From positions 23,402 to 87,401 of IMG/VR virus record IMGVR_UViG_3300032242_002717: 64,000 bases of DNA. The stretch is one strand, 5' to 3'. How positions within the stretch are numbered: the stretch's first letter is position 1; each line of letters starts with the position of its first letter. This document shows, one piece after another, positions 55,392-63,705 of the stretch. The notes beneath the pieces were generated by a model, which worked only from the letters and a program-made list of their open reading frames with translations, was not told the origin of the DNA and did not search any database. The translations under genes and the position numbers were made by a program. The DNA comes from a virus.

Positions 55392-56186
55392 TCAGACGGT
55401 CACTCGACCGCCGATGCCTTCCTCGCAAGCTCGGTCGTAGAGCTGCTTGACTCTGGCGGGTTTCATTGGCCCACCGTCTCGGCAAGAGACACCAAGGGTT
55501 TCTTGCAGGATCTCGGCAATCTCGCGGTAGGACGATCCCTCCGCACGCTTCTCTCGGATGACAAGCATCACGTCCCGGTTCTTGGCCAGAGCCTTGGCGG
55601 TGCGGGCCTTGGATGCCGCCTCGCGGCCCTCCAGCATCTCTTCCTGAGTAAACCTCTTCGATCCCGGACGAGACGCGCCAAGCCTGCGTCCCTTGCTCTT
55701 GGCGACACGCAGGGCATTTCTCGTGCGCTCGGAAATCAATTTTCCCTCGAACTCGGCACACAGGGCGAGCATATGCAAGCAAAACTCGCCAGACGGGCCA
55801 ACCGGGACTTCGGGGAAATCCAGGAAGAGAACATTGACGTTCCACTCACGGACCTGATCCCGGATCTCACGGAACAGGCCAGCGTTACGCGCCAATCGGT
55901 CGAGTTTGGCTACCACCACGGTAGCACCAGTTCGCCTGGCATAGCTCAACGCTTGGCGGAGTTGTTCGCGGTCTTGTTTGCCGGTCTCATAGTCCACAAA
56001 CTCGTCACGGATGATCTCGCCACCGTCGATTCGGCCAATGTACTCCTGAATCAGCCTCCGTTGTGCCTCAAGACCCAAGCCGGACCTGGCTTGGCGCAGG
56101 GTCGAGACGCGAACGTAGGGGACGTACCGCTTTGCTGGCGGAACGTGAGCAAAAGAAGATCGGGAAGGGGAGGTCAGTGCAGACAT
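55392..56186 (-). CDS. serine recombinase (resolvase/invertase family)
   Basis: YVRVST catalytic motif, SGLGLEAQ, AKLDRLARN, AEFE...ISERT, C-terminal HTH GSSYREIAEIL. Confidence 0.92.
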   Translation of the reverse strand: MSALTSPSRSSFAHVPPAKRYVPYVRVSTLRQARSGLGLEAQRRLIQEYIGRIDGGEIIRDEFVDYETGKQDREQLRQALSYARRTGATVVVAKLDRLARNAGLFREIRDQVREWNVNVLFLDFPEVPVGPSGEFCLHMLALCAEFEGKLISERTRNALRVAKSKGRRLGASRPGSKRFTQEEMLEGREAASKARTAKALAKNRDVMLVIREKRAEGSSYREIAEILQETLGVSCRDGGPMKPARVKQLYDRACEEGIGGRVTV

Positions 56187-56248
56187 TTGAAAATCCTCTC
56201 GGTTTTGAAAAAGCTTAGTCTTGGTCAGAAGAACTTAGCCTTATTGGT

Positions 56249-56293
56249 TTCGACTTATATAATGTAACACAGTACATACCGAATGTCAATAGT
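56249..56293 (-). promoter_or_regulatory. sigma70-type promoter P1 (45-bp exact repeat of 61437-61481)
   Basis: Minus strand TTGACA-ttcggtatgtactgtgt-TACATT; upstream of the serine recombinase. Confidence 0.75.
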
Positions 56294-56648
56294 CTATCTT
56301 GGGTTTTTTTGTGTGGTCCAGGGAACCAGCGATCATGCTATTGACAGCGTACCTGACCATTTCGCTAACCGACTTAAAATTAAGCGGCTGAAACGCTTCG
56401 TACCATGCTGTAAGCTCGGATTCGTCGATTTTCATATTGAACCTTGCCTTTGGAACAATATTGGCGGTCCTGGCTATTTTTTGCCGTTCCTGACCAGACT
56501 TGACCTGATTGACTTCGCTCGTAATCACGAGACGCTCGTATTCTGCTTTGGCTTTCCTTAATTCGACCTCATCTATTCTCTTGCCGAGTTCGATTTTAGT
56601 CAAAACATTAGGAACGAATGAGGGGCCTTGTTTTTTATGGCTTTTCAT
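56286..56648 (-). CDS. ribbon-helix-helix (CopG/Arc-like) DNA-binding protein
   Basis: RFNMKID (ribbon) ESELTAWYEAF...SVSEMVRYAV (two helices). Confidence 0.65.
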   Translation of the reverse strand: MKSHKKQGPSFVPNVLTKIELGKRIDEVELRKAKAEYERLVITSEVNQVKSGQERQKIARTANIVPKARFNMKIDESELTAWYEAFQPLNFKSVSEMVRYAVNSMIAGSLDHTKKPKIDY

Positions 56649-56688
56649 TGGAATCTTCCTTGCAAACAGGGTTGAGTAAGTACTATGA

Positions 56689-56717
56689 AGCATACCGATA
56701 AAGTCGCAAACAGTCAA
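56689..56717 (-). promoter_or_regulatory. sigma70-type promoter of the RHH gene, directly behind motif copy 5
   Basis: TTGACT-17 nt-TATGCT on the minus strand. Confidence 0.55.
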
Positions 56718-56762
56718 TTCAAAAAATCGTCTAGGGGGGGGTCTTACAATAAAAATTGATGG

Positions 56763-57056
56763 TTACAGTCCAAGCGATTCCCGGAGACTTCTCTGCTCTC
56801 GCCACTGGGTTGCAAGCTTGCTCCTGGATTCTTCAAGCGCGGTGAGACATACGATCAAAGCATTGTGAACGGCAAGAATTTCCGAAGTCGGTTGCTTCGT
56901 ACGCATTTTGCTTACGTTCACTGTCATCAGGTATATCTTGACGCACATATCATCGACCTGACCTTCTTGATACTCTATCTCTGTCAACAACTTGTATGGA
57001 ATCAGGCTTGAACCGCTTGCTTTTTTTGCCGCAATCATCATCTTTTCTGTGATCAT
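56763..57056 (-). CDS. hypothetical helical protein
   Basis: Single ORF between motif copies 5 and 6. Confidence 0.6.
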   Translation of the reverse strand: MITEKMMIAAKKASGSSLIPYKLLTEIEYQEGQVDDMCVKIYLMTVNVSKMRTKQPTSEILAVHNALIVCLTALEESRSKLATQWREQRSLRESLGL

Positions 57057-57117
57057 TTGATCGTCCCTTGCAGATCTGGTAAGTGTGGGTCAATTCAAAA
57101 AATCGTTTCGGGGGAGG

Positions 57118-57381
57118 TCATTGGTTGATCGTGGCTATGTATATTTCTGAAAGCGAGATGTGACCTTGCTTCCAAAGTGCTTCGATATGCTTGCACGGAT
57201 CTGACTTGAGTTCTTCCCTGCGAAACGCGAAGTCTTCACAGTCGCATATCCAACCACAGAACTGAGAATCATCCTTGTCGATTCGGTGAGACCTTGAAGA
57301 GTAAGACAAGACATATCTTCCAGATATAAAATCAAGTCGATATAGCTTGCCCTTGATTTTCATAGTGACTGGATATTTCAT
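57118..57381 (-). CDS. SWIM zinc-finger protein
   Basis: WICDCEDFAFR...CKHI (CxC...CxH). Confidence 0.75.
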   Translation of the reverse strand: MKYPVTMKIKGKLYRLDFISGRYVLSYSSRSHRIDKDDSQFCGWICDCEDFAFRREELKSDPCKHIEALWKQGHISLSEIYIATINQ

Positions 57382-57638
57382 TTCTCAATCCAAGAACTTG
57401 GGATACAGTTCGAATCATAGTCTTTTGGAAGCAAACTCTTTACCTGCTCAAGAGCGCAGCCGAAATCGACTCCGGTTGCCATCATTGCCGAAACTGCTCC
57501 TACTATGATTCCCTTGCCGTACGCAGTGTTAATTTCCCAGTCTTCTTGTTTTGTGTTCTTGGTTGACAATGAATACAGGGCATCTTTCAAGATTATCGGC
57601 CTGGATATCTTGCTTTTTTTGACAGGGGATTTCTTCAT
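57378..57638 (-). CDS. hypothetical protein
   Basis: GAGGA SD before ATG 57638. Confidence 0.6.
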   Translation of the reverse strand: MKKSPVKKSKISRPIILKDALYSLSTKNTKQEDWEINTAYGKGIIVGAVSAMMATGVDFGCALEQVKSLLPKDYDSNCIPSSWIEK

Positions 57639-57739
57639 GGTTTCCTCTTTGTCAATGAAATGGATTTCAGCGAACCGCAACAAGACTCAAAAAATCGTTC
57701 AGGGGGGATAGATAGTTCAGTTCGACTTGATTCAACCGA

Positions 57740-58363
57740 TCAATCGGCAAACCTGTCTAGGCTTTCCGAGATCGAACCAATTCGCATGAGTGCGATTCGG
57801 CAAGATTCTTTGCAAGCCTTGACCAAGGCCCTATCGGACGCGCTTTCAGGAAATCCTGATGACGACGATCTTCTCAAGTCACAGAAACAAATCGGAGGCA
57901 GATAGCCAAGAAGCATGTAGGAGAGGCAGATTTCATGGCTACAATCCATCCCTACGCAAGTAAGGGCTAAAGCGTAGGTCTGATCTTTCAGGACCACCAG
58001 AGTGCAATTTGGAAGCTCTAGGACTCTCTTGCCTTTCGGGTCAAAATCACTGGGCAGCGGATAGAGGCAGTTTACGATAGGTTCAATCGAGTCCATATTT
58101 TCTTGGATTGTGTCTACGCAAACATTCCTTGCCGACTCAAGGTATTCATCGTCGTCAATGTCGATGAGGCAGTCTACCCTGCCGTCAAGAGAGACTCCAT
58201 ATTCTTGCAAGAACTCTTTCATTTCCTCGATGGAGTAGTCGGCAAAATCGGGAATAACGATATCCCAAGATTCTCCATACCCTTTCGAGAAGTCAAAACC
58301 AATCGGGTTGAAATAGATTGTATCGGCGCACAGTTGGTCGATCTTGCGAACGTCAATCGGCAT
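57740..58363 (-). CDS. acidic hypothetical protein
   Basis: GAGGA SD; LALT..GMD.S.EIC..Y..LGYLPP motif. Confidence 0.65.
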   Translation of the reverse strand: MPIDVRKIDQLCADTIYFNPIGFDFSKGYGESWDIVIPDFADYSIEEMKEFLQEYGVSLDGRVDCLIDIDDDEYLESARNVCVDTIQENMDSIEPIVNCLYPLPSDFDPKGKRVLELPNCTLVVLKDQTYALALTCVGMDCSHEICLSYMLLGYLPPICFCDLRRSSSSGFPESASDRALVKACKESCRIALMRIGSISESLDRFAD

Positions 58364-58439
58364 CTTTGTATCCTCTTGTTTGCTTCTCAAAAAATCGTTC
58401 AGGGGGGATAATCGGCAGTTTTTGCCACAGGATAAAAGC

Positions 58440-58700
58440 TCAAACTAAATCGCTACCTTTGAGGTAGAGTTTTTGCTTATTGACTATGACGTAGTGGCTT
58501 GCCGCATTGCTAAAACATACCGCATACACTCGATAGGCGACATTTCTTCCGGGGAGCCTTACCATTCTATCGGTAGCGATTTTGCTACCGTATCCGCTGG
58601 CAGACTGCCCCGGCAAGAGTTGAAGCATACCGAATCTTTTGACTGGGCTTGAGATCACCTCGAATGGTTGCTCAAGGTATTTGATTTCAGACAATTTCAT
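58440..58700 (-). CDS. hypothetical phage protein (SGYGSKI motif)
   Basis: GGAG SD, ATGA overlap. Confidence 0.6.
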   Translation of the reverse strand: MKLSEIKYLEQPFEVISSPVKRFGMLQLLPGQSASGYGSKIATDRMVRLPGRNVAYRVYAVCFSNAASHYVIVNKQKLYLKGSDLV

Positions 58701-59161
58701 GCTCCCTTGTTGATGACGAACTTCGGGTCCATTAAGTGGCATACTGTATCCACGTTAAGCGGGTTGACTCCGGTTCTGGGGAATTTCCTATCGACTCCAA
58801 AGTACCGGCATTTCCAGGGTTGCTCCCTACGGAAACCAGTAGATTCGTCGCCGTGTACACGCAGATTGTCGCAATCAGAGGGCACTCCATTGTTTCCGGT
58901 GAAATCGCAAGTCGGGTTATCGGAATCGATATCGTAGTCGCCTAAGTCTGACTCTGGAATATGGATGAAGTGACCGTATTCGGAGTCGCTAAATTCGTCG
59001 ATTGCATCGGACGGAGAACCGGCTTCAACCGCATAGAAGTTGGACTCGAAACCCATTGAAATCTCAATCAGCCAAGTCTTACCATGCCAACCAGAAGGAT
59101 TGACGACATCGGCTTCAATTGGCTTTCCGTAGAACTCGCCTCTTGCAATGACCTTGCTCAT
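58697..59161 (-). CDS. acidic hypothetical protein
   Basis: GAGG SD formed by the end of motif copy 9. Confidence 0.65.
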   Translation of the reverse strand: MSKVIARGEFYGKPIEADVVNPSGWHGKTWLIEISMGFESNFYAVEAGSPSDAIDEFSDSEYGHFIHIPESDLGDYDIDSDNPTCDFTGNNGVPSDCDNLRVHGDESTGFRREQPWKCRYFGVDRKFPRTGVNPLNVDTVCHLMDPKFVINKGA

Positions 59162-59228
59162 TTTTGCCTCAAAAAAACTTTCAGGGGAGGGTGGAAGGAT
59201 TTCTTCGAAACATTCAATGTCCGCGCCA

Positions 59229-60056
59229 TCAGAATGGTATAAGACCTTGCGCGTCGAGTTCTTCGTGAATCAACTCTGCAATGGTGTAAGGGTGATCGGA
59301 ACAAAGTTTTGATATCTCGACTAGCGAATGTTCAGATAGGTCTTGAAACCCGACAATACCTAAGCTTGAAGGGGACTGGTATTCAACTTCAGAGTCGATA
59401 TCTACATCCTCTACTTCGTCATAATACTTGTCACGATACCTTGCCCAGCTGCCACTGGTGAAAGATCGGTATTCGGTCAAGCTTGAGGATTTCTTTGGAC
59501 TCACTACCGGCTTGCTAGGCAAGCAAGAAGTGTTAGATAGCCACAATTCTTCGTGATTGACTCCAAGCGACTTGTTTGCCGTCAAGATCTTGCCGTCCGA
59601 AGCGCGGACGATTACTACCTTGCTATGGCCAATCATCGATTCTAGGTACTCTTCCAGCGTTCCATCGTCAAACCATTCTGGATGCATGGCAAGCATCGGC
59701 TCTACGATACCCACGGCAAGGTGATAGGTATCGCTCTTGCCCTTCCAGCGAACCGGCATAGAGTCAATAATCCCGTTATGGATAACGCAATACTCGCCAT
59801 CCATGATAACGAACGGATGACAATTCTCGATGCTTGTTTCGCCGTGAGTTGTGATTCTCGCATGAAATACCCAAGCGTCACTACCGGCCTTCTTGACCGC
59901 GCCTAGAGCCTTCTTATTGTCCATGCTCTTTTCTACGCGAAGCCCGTTCTTGCCGAGTACCACAAGTCCCCAACCGTGAGGATTACGCGCTACCGCTTCA
60001 GAGATCATATTGTCAGAGTAGGAAGCTTTCGCGGGCCTATTTACGATAACACACAT
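59229..60056 (-). CDS. class II (Ntn) glutamine amidotransferase
   Basis: N-terminal MC, NPHGWG, FHARITTHG, NCHPF, HNGII, SDT. Confidence 0.85.
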   Translation of the reverse strand: MCVIVNRPAKASYSDNMISEAVARNPHGWGLVVLGKNGLRVEKSMDNKKALGAVKKAGSDAWVFHARITTHGETSIENCHPFVIMDGEYCVIHNGIIDSMPVRWKGKSDTYHLAVGIVEPMLAMHPEWFDDGTLEEYLESMIGHSKVVIVRASDGKILTANKSLGVNHEELWLSNTSCLPSKPVVSPKKSSSLTEYRSFTSGSWARYRDKYYDEVEDVDIDSEVEYQSPSSLGIVGFQDLSEHSLVEISKLCSDHPYTIAELIHEELDAQGLIPF

Positions 60057-60152
60057 TGGCAATCTCGATTCTTTGGTGAGTATCGCTGGCAATGCAAAAT
60101 GGTTGCCAGCGTAATTGAAAGCAAAAGTCTAACAGAACCGCAATCCTAGAAA

Positions 60153-60575
60153 TCAACCGCCCGGCATGGATATGTCTTCATAGCACGATACTTTCCCACC
60201 CTCAAAAACATCTACAAAGATAGACGGCATGCAAGAGACACCGTAAATGTAAAGTTGAAATGGGAATTGAGACTCTCCGTTCTTGTTGGCAATCATCTCG
60301 CGTACTTGTTGCTTTCCGGTAGTACACACATGGCCACGATATCCTATTTCAATGGTGGTGAAGCTAAGGTCAAAAACATCCTCGATAGTGGCGAATCGAC
60401 TCAAGAACCGACATTGTTCGACCGTACCAAAAACATCGTGGCGAAACTCAGAAACCGTAGAGCTAATGTCACGAATTTTCTCGACCATTGAACTTGCCTC
60501 TTGTCTAGTGTGAAAAGAAAAGAACCGAACTAATCTCGACTTAGATACTGTACCATAATACATACCGTAAGTCAA
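60153..60575 (-). CDS. hypothetical protein
   Basis: Fills the operon gap; start uncertain. Confidence 0.45.
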   Translation of the reverse strand: MTYGMYYGTVSKSRLVRFFSFHTRQEASSMVEKIRDISSTVSEFRHDVFGTVEQCRFLSRFATIEDVFDLSFTTIEIGYRGHVCTTGKQQVREMIANKNGESQFPFQLYIYGVSCMPSIFVDVFEGGKVSCYEDISMPGG

Positions 60576-60591
60576 GATATTTCTTTGTTTT

Positions 60592-60969
60592 TTAGCAACC
60601 GTGAATCATTCCATCGTCGCCGATATAGAGATTAAATTCGCCGAACTTCTTACTTTCAATCGTTAACTCTTTGCCAACCATGGTTGGCCAATCGCCATCC
60701 CAGAATCCCGCGCCGTGTCCGTTCCTTGTTAGCCAGAAATCGTGTCCGATCATTCCTTCAACTGAACCCTCGAAGCGGAATGGATCTACCGATTCAATCA
60801 CGATCTTGTTTTTATCAAGAAAAGACTTGCAATCTCTTGTCATATTTTCGAGCGTGCCTTTGTGAATCGACTCTTTGGTGTATTTTTCGTCAAGAGGATT
60901 GCCGTAATCATCGGTTGATGACCAAAGCGCGGTTCGAACGTAAGACTCAAAAACAGATTCTAAATTCAT
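60592..60969 (-). CDS. conserved phage early protein (GHDFWLTRNGHGAGFWD motif)
   Basis: GGAG SD; ALWSS and GHDFWLTRNGHGAGFWD, a motif I recognise from phage early regions; function unknown. Confidence 0.7.
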   Translation of the reverse strand: MNLESVFESYVRTALWSSTDDYGNPLDEKYTKESIHKGTLENMTRDCKSFLDKNKIVIESVDPFRFEGSVEGMIGHDFWLTRNGHGAGFWDGDWPTMVGKELTIESKKFGEFNLYIGDDGMIHGC

Positions 60970-61017
60970 GGCTATCTCCGATTCTTGAAACTAAAGGTGA
61001 ATGGCTATCGGGCTAGA

Positions 61018-61416
61018 TTATTTAATCTGGCCCGGCAACCCGGAAATGATTCTTTCGAGATTGATTGCTTGTTCGTGATCGGAAGGGTATCCAAAAGAAA
61101 CAAGATCGAACTCAGATTCGATTTTGTTGTACTGTCTGCTTTCCCAAGTACTGAACATACCTGCCTTGATATCGGCCTTGAGAAGCTCTACGTCACCATT
61201 GTAAAGCTCTTGAAGAAGGCCCATATCCCGTATCGCCGAAACGAACAAGATCGGAACCATTACCACTTGGCCATGAAGCCTCATATGATCCAATTCGTCT
61301 TCAGTAAGGGTATCAAGATAGGGGGTCAAAGCACGGTAAATTTCTCGCTTGGGATGCTCGCTATCCCCACGGTAAAGAAAAGTCGAGCATGGAACATGAA
61401 TCATTGGAATCTCCAT
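61018..61416 (-). CDS. hypothetical protein (start 61416 or 61404)
   Basis: Directly downstream of promoter P2. Confidence 0.55.
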   Translation of the reverse strand: MEIPMIHVPCSTFLYRGDSEHPKREIYRALTPYLDTLTEDELDHMRLHGQVVMVPILFVSAIRDMGLLQELYNGDVELLKADIKAGMFSTWESRQYNKIESEFDLVSFGYPSDHEQAINLERIISGLPGQIK

Positions 61417-61436
61417 TGTTTGGGCCGGTTGCTTCG

Positions 61437-61481
61437 TTCGACTTATATAATGTAACACAGTACATACCGAATGTCAATAGT
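61437..61481 (-). promoter_or_regulatory. sigma70-type promoter P2 (identical to P1)
   Basis: 45/45 identity with 56249-56293. Confidence 0.75.
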
Positions 61482-61494
61482 TTTTTGACTGTTT

Positions 61495-61803
61495 TTATTC
61501 GATTTCCTTTCCGGTTTCCGGGTCCACTTCATAAAAGTCTTTAATCCACTCCATGGCGGACTCAATATCCTCAAAATGACACCAATCGGTTGCATCAAGA
61601 TATCCAGGTGCGCTCATGCGTGCAATGATTCCGGCATGAACCTTTATTTCCTGATCTTCGTCAGGCTTTCCGCACACAAATTGACGAAGATCTTCGAGGG
61701 TAGCTTCTGGCCCTACGCAATCGACGGGAACCACTTCCGTTCCGTCAGAAGTCTCTACTAGGTAGCAACCCTTGTCACAATATTCTGGAATCATGAATGG
61801 CAT
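61495..61803 (-). CDS. acidic phage protein (ARMSAPGYLDATDW motif)
   Basis: 102 aa, D/E-rich. Confidence 0.65.
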   Translation of the reverse strand: MPFMIPEYCDKGCYLVETSDGTEVVPVDCVGPEATLEDLRQFVCGKPDEDQEIKVHAGIIARMSAPGYLDATDWCHFEDIESAMEWIKDFYEVDPETGKEIE

Positions 61804-61861
61804 TTAAGGAAATCCCCTTGAAAATGGGCAGCAAAGTAAGTCGGTTGGAAATGAACTAGGT

Positions 61862-62125
61862 TCAGTCTTGATAGAACACTTCATAAGAATCATCACGATA
61901 GTCCAAACTATCGTGGTAGACCGCATAGAACTGTTTGGGCTTGTATAGCTTGACGAACTCACTCCAAGCCATAACTCCCGACTTGCGCTTCTGGCTAACA
62001 TAAGTCTTTTTTGCGGACTCTTTGAATTCTTTGAGTTTTGGCCAGAACTCAATTTGTCTTCCGAATGGAAGGGTATTCCAATTGCTTGGAATACCGTCGA
62101 TCTTAATTCTTGTCTTGCTCTTCAT
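61862..62125 (-). CDS. hypothetical protein
   Basis: AAGGGG SD. Confidence 0.6.
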   Translation of the reverse strand: MKSKTRIKIDGIPSNWNTLPFGRQIEFWPKLKEFKESAKKTYVSQKRKSGVMAWSEFVKLYKPKQFYAVYHDSLDYRDDSYEVFYQD

Positions 62126-62136
62126 CGGATTTCCCC

Positions 62137-62544
62137 TTAGTTGTGATCGTCTTGATCTTTGGTCAAGGACTCAATTTTCGGATAATAATTTCCGTTTGAT
62201 GAATAGTAATCAACCCAGAACTGAGTGACTTCATTAGGATTGTCGGTATGCTGTTCGGCAATCCATTCTTCGCCGTACTCCGTGAGGCCGTTCATTAGAA
62301 ACGAACCGATCTTTCGACCGCTTGGAAGCGTTTCCGCCTCAAGGCAATACTCGTGGTTGCCACAATGGCAAGGCGAGTCAGATTCCCCACAATCAATCAT
62401 GAACTTCGGGAAATCTTCGGAATCGTAAGTCGATTGGTCGTACTGATTTTCAGGTACCATACGGGGTTCTTTTTTGCAGATATCGGCGATGATCGCTTCA
62501 CCACACTTGTTGCAATAGAGATCGGCTTGATAGATATAGGGCAT
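62137..62544 (-). CDS. acidic Cys-containing phage protein
   Basis: YIYQADLYC..C, ESDSPCHC; first gene after promoter P3. Confidence 0.65.
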   Translation of the reverse strand: MPYIYQADLYCNKCGEAIIADICKKEPRMVPENQYDQSTYDSEDFPKFMIDCGESDSPCHCGNHEYCLEAETLPSGRKIGSFLMNGLTEYGEEWIAEQHTDNPNEVTQFWVDYYSSNGNYYPKIESLTKDQDDHN

Positions 62545-62589
62545 GAAAATCTCAGGGTTATTGTTTGGTTGCCGCATCGCTGCCACAGG

Positions 62590-62624
62590 ATATAATGTAT
62601 CACGGTACTTACCGATAGTCAATA
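62590..62624 (-). promoter_or_regulatory. sigma70-type promoter P3 (diverged copy of P1/P2)
   Basis: TTGACT-atcggtaagtaccgtga-TACATT; 30/35 identical to the P1 core. Confidence 0.7.
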
Positions 62625-62708
62625 ACTTATTGAAAAGATTTTGGCAACAAGATCGGGTTTCGGTATGATTAGTATGTACTAAACATCTATTTTTGAGGAA
62701 TACAAGCA

Positions 62709-63395
62709 ATGTCCGCGCCGAAAAAAATCGGTCTGACCAATACCGCGAAAAACATTCTAAGGTCACTTCCAGAGAAGGAAGTTGACTTTGTTCTTTGCTA
62801 CGCTTGCAACCCCGGCCCTTCCGGCGCAATCAAGGCAGCTGCCGAGATATCGCCAGAGGGCTTGACTAAGAGCGAATTGCGTCAAGTGGCGGCGGAAATG
62901 CTATCCAACCCGGAAGTCAAGAAGGCGATAGATAAGCTTGCCAAGTGTTTCACGACCAATCCAGGAGAAGTGCTATCGGCAATTTCCGATCAAGCTTTCC
63001 CTGATCTTGAAGCGGTTCAAGCTTGCTATATTGACCACGGAAACGGCCTGAGAACTTGGGACTGGAAGAAGGCTTTCGAGAATGGTGCAGCTGCATTCGT
63101 GAGAAAAGTGACACCCACAAAAAATGGTGATGCAGTAGAATTCCATGATCGCATACGCGCGCTGGAAACGCTTGGGAAATACCACGGATTATGGGATGAT
63201 AAACCGAACGTACAGGTCAATAATTTTGACTTGTCTAAACTTAGTGAGGACCAATTAAGGGCAATGGCAGCTGGAAAGCCTGTAAGCGACTCTTCAGCTG
63301 CCACTGAACAACAAACGATTGATGTTAGCTACCGTACTTTGTGGGAACCTGAAATCAATCATGATCCATCAGAATCTTCTTCAGATTCAGAATGA
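62709..63395 (+). CDS. terS: terminase small subunit
   Basis: FVLCY....AIKAA, MLSNPEVKKAI, VEFHDRIRALETLGKYHGLW, DLSKLSEDQL; GAGG SD. Confidence 0.8.
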   Translation: MSAPKKIGLTNTAKNILRSLPEKEVDFVLCYACNPGPSGAIKAAAEISPEGLTKSELRQVAAEMLSNPEVKKAIDKLAKCFTTNPGEVLSAISDQAFPDLEAVQACYIDHGNGLRTWDWKKAFENGAAAFVRKVTPTKNGDAVEFHDRIRALETLGKYHGLWDDKPNVQVNNFDLSKLSEDQLRAMAAGKPVSDSSAATEQQTIDVSYRTLWEPEINHDPSESSSDSE

Positions 63396-63705
63396 TAGGC
63401 TTCAAAATTGAGGCGGGAACCGCGCCTGAATCTCTCATTCCCTCAATGAAATCTTTAGCTTCGGACTCTGAGTTAAAGTGATATGCCTTCTTTGTTTCCC
63501 CACTCTTGACCCAAAAAACTAGGGTATTGTCAAGCTTGCGAAACATCACGCAAAAGTGTGGCGTTTCGGGAATTTCATAATCGTTGATTACTGGACTTCT
63601 TTTGAACGATTGCCCCATAAATCGATAGTCCGGCAAGTCCGTTTGCTCAAGAATCACAACCGGCAAGCCAGAATCGGAAATCTTCTCAATCACGGTATCC
63701 TCCAT
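63355..63705 (-). CDS. hypothetical protein
   Basis: Convergent on terS; extended -10 (TGcTATAAT, 63740-63732) and motif copy 10 lie upstream. Confidence 0.55.
   Translation of the reverse strand: MEDTVIEKISDSGLPVVILEQTDLPDYRFMGQSFKRSPVINDYEIPETPHFCVMFRKLDNTLVFWVKSGETKKAYHFNSESEAKDFIEGMRDSGAVPASILKPIILNLKKILMDHD

Noticed and set aside
55267-55845. N-terminal extension of the 330-aa ORF overlapping the recombinase (possible frameshift fusion)
   Set aside because: Arg/Pro-rich off-frame translation running through a hairpin and the motif; a clean AGGAG-ATG exists at 55266 and no slippery site was evident.
55383-56267. 294-aa + strand ORF
   Set aside because: Antisense shadow of the GC-rich serine recombinase gene; no motif or SD.
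52223-58390. TTG inside the motif as a shared start codon (ORF track starts 52227, 53079, 54326, 58390)
   Set aside because: In frame in only four of ten copies, close to chance, with no SD upstream; better starts lie downstream, most with a clear SD.
59183-59191. KOPS (GGGNAGGG) interpretation of the G-runs
   Set aside because: Only copy 9 matches the consensus.
60985-61455. 156-aa + strand ORF and similar antisense ORFs across the window
   Set aside because: They lie opposite better-supported genes that have SD sites and operon context.
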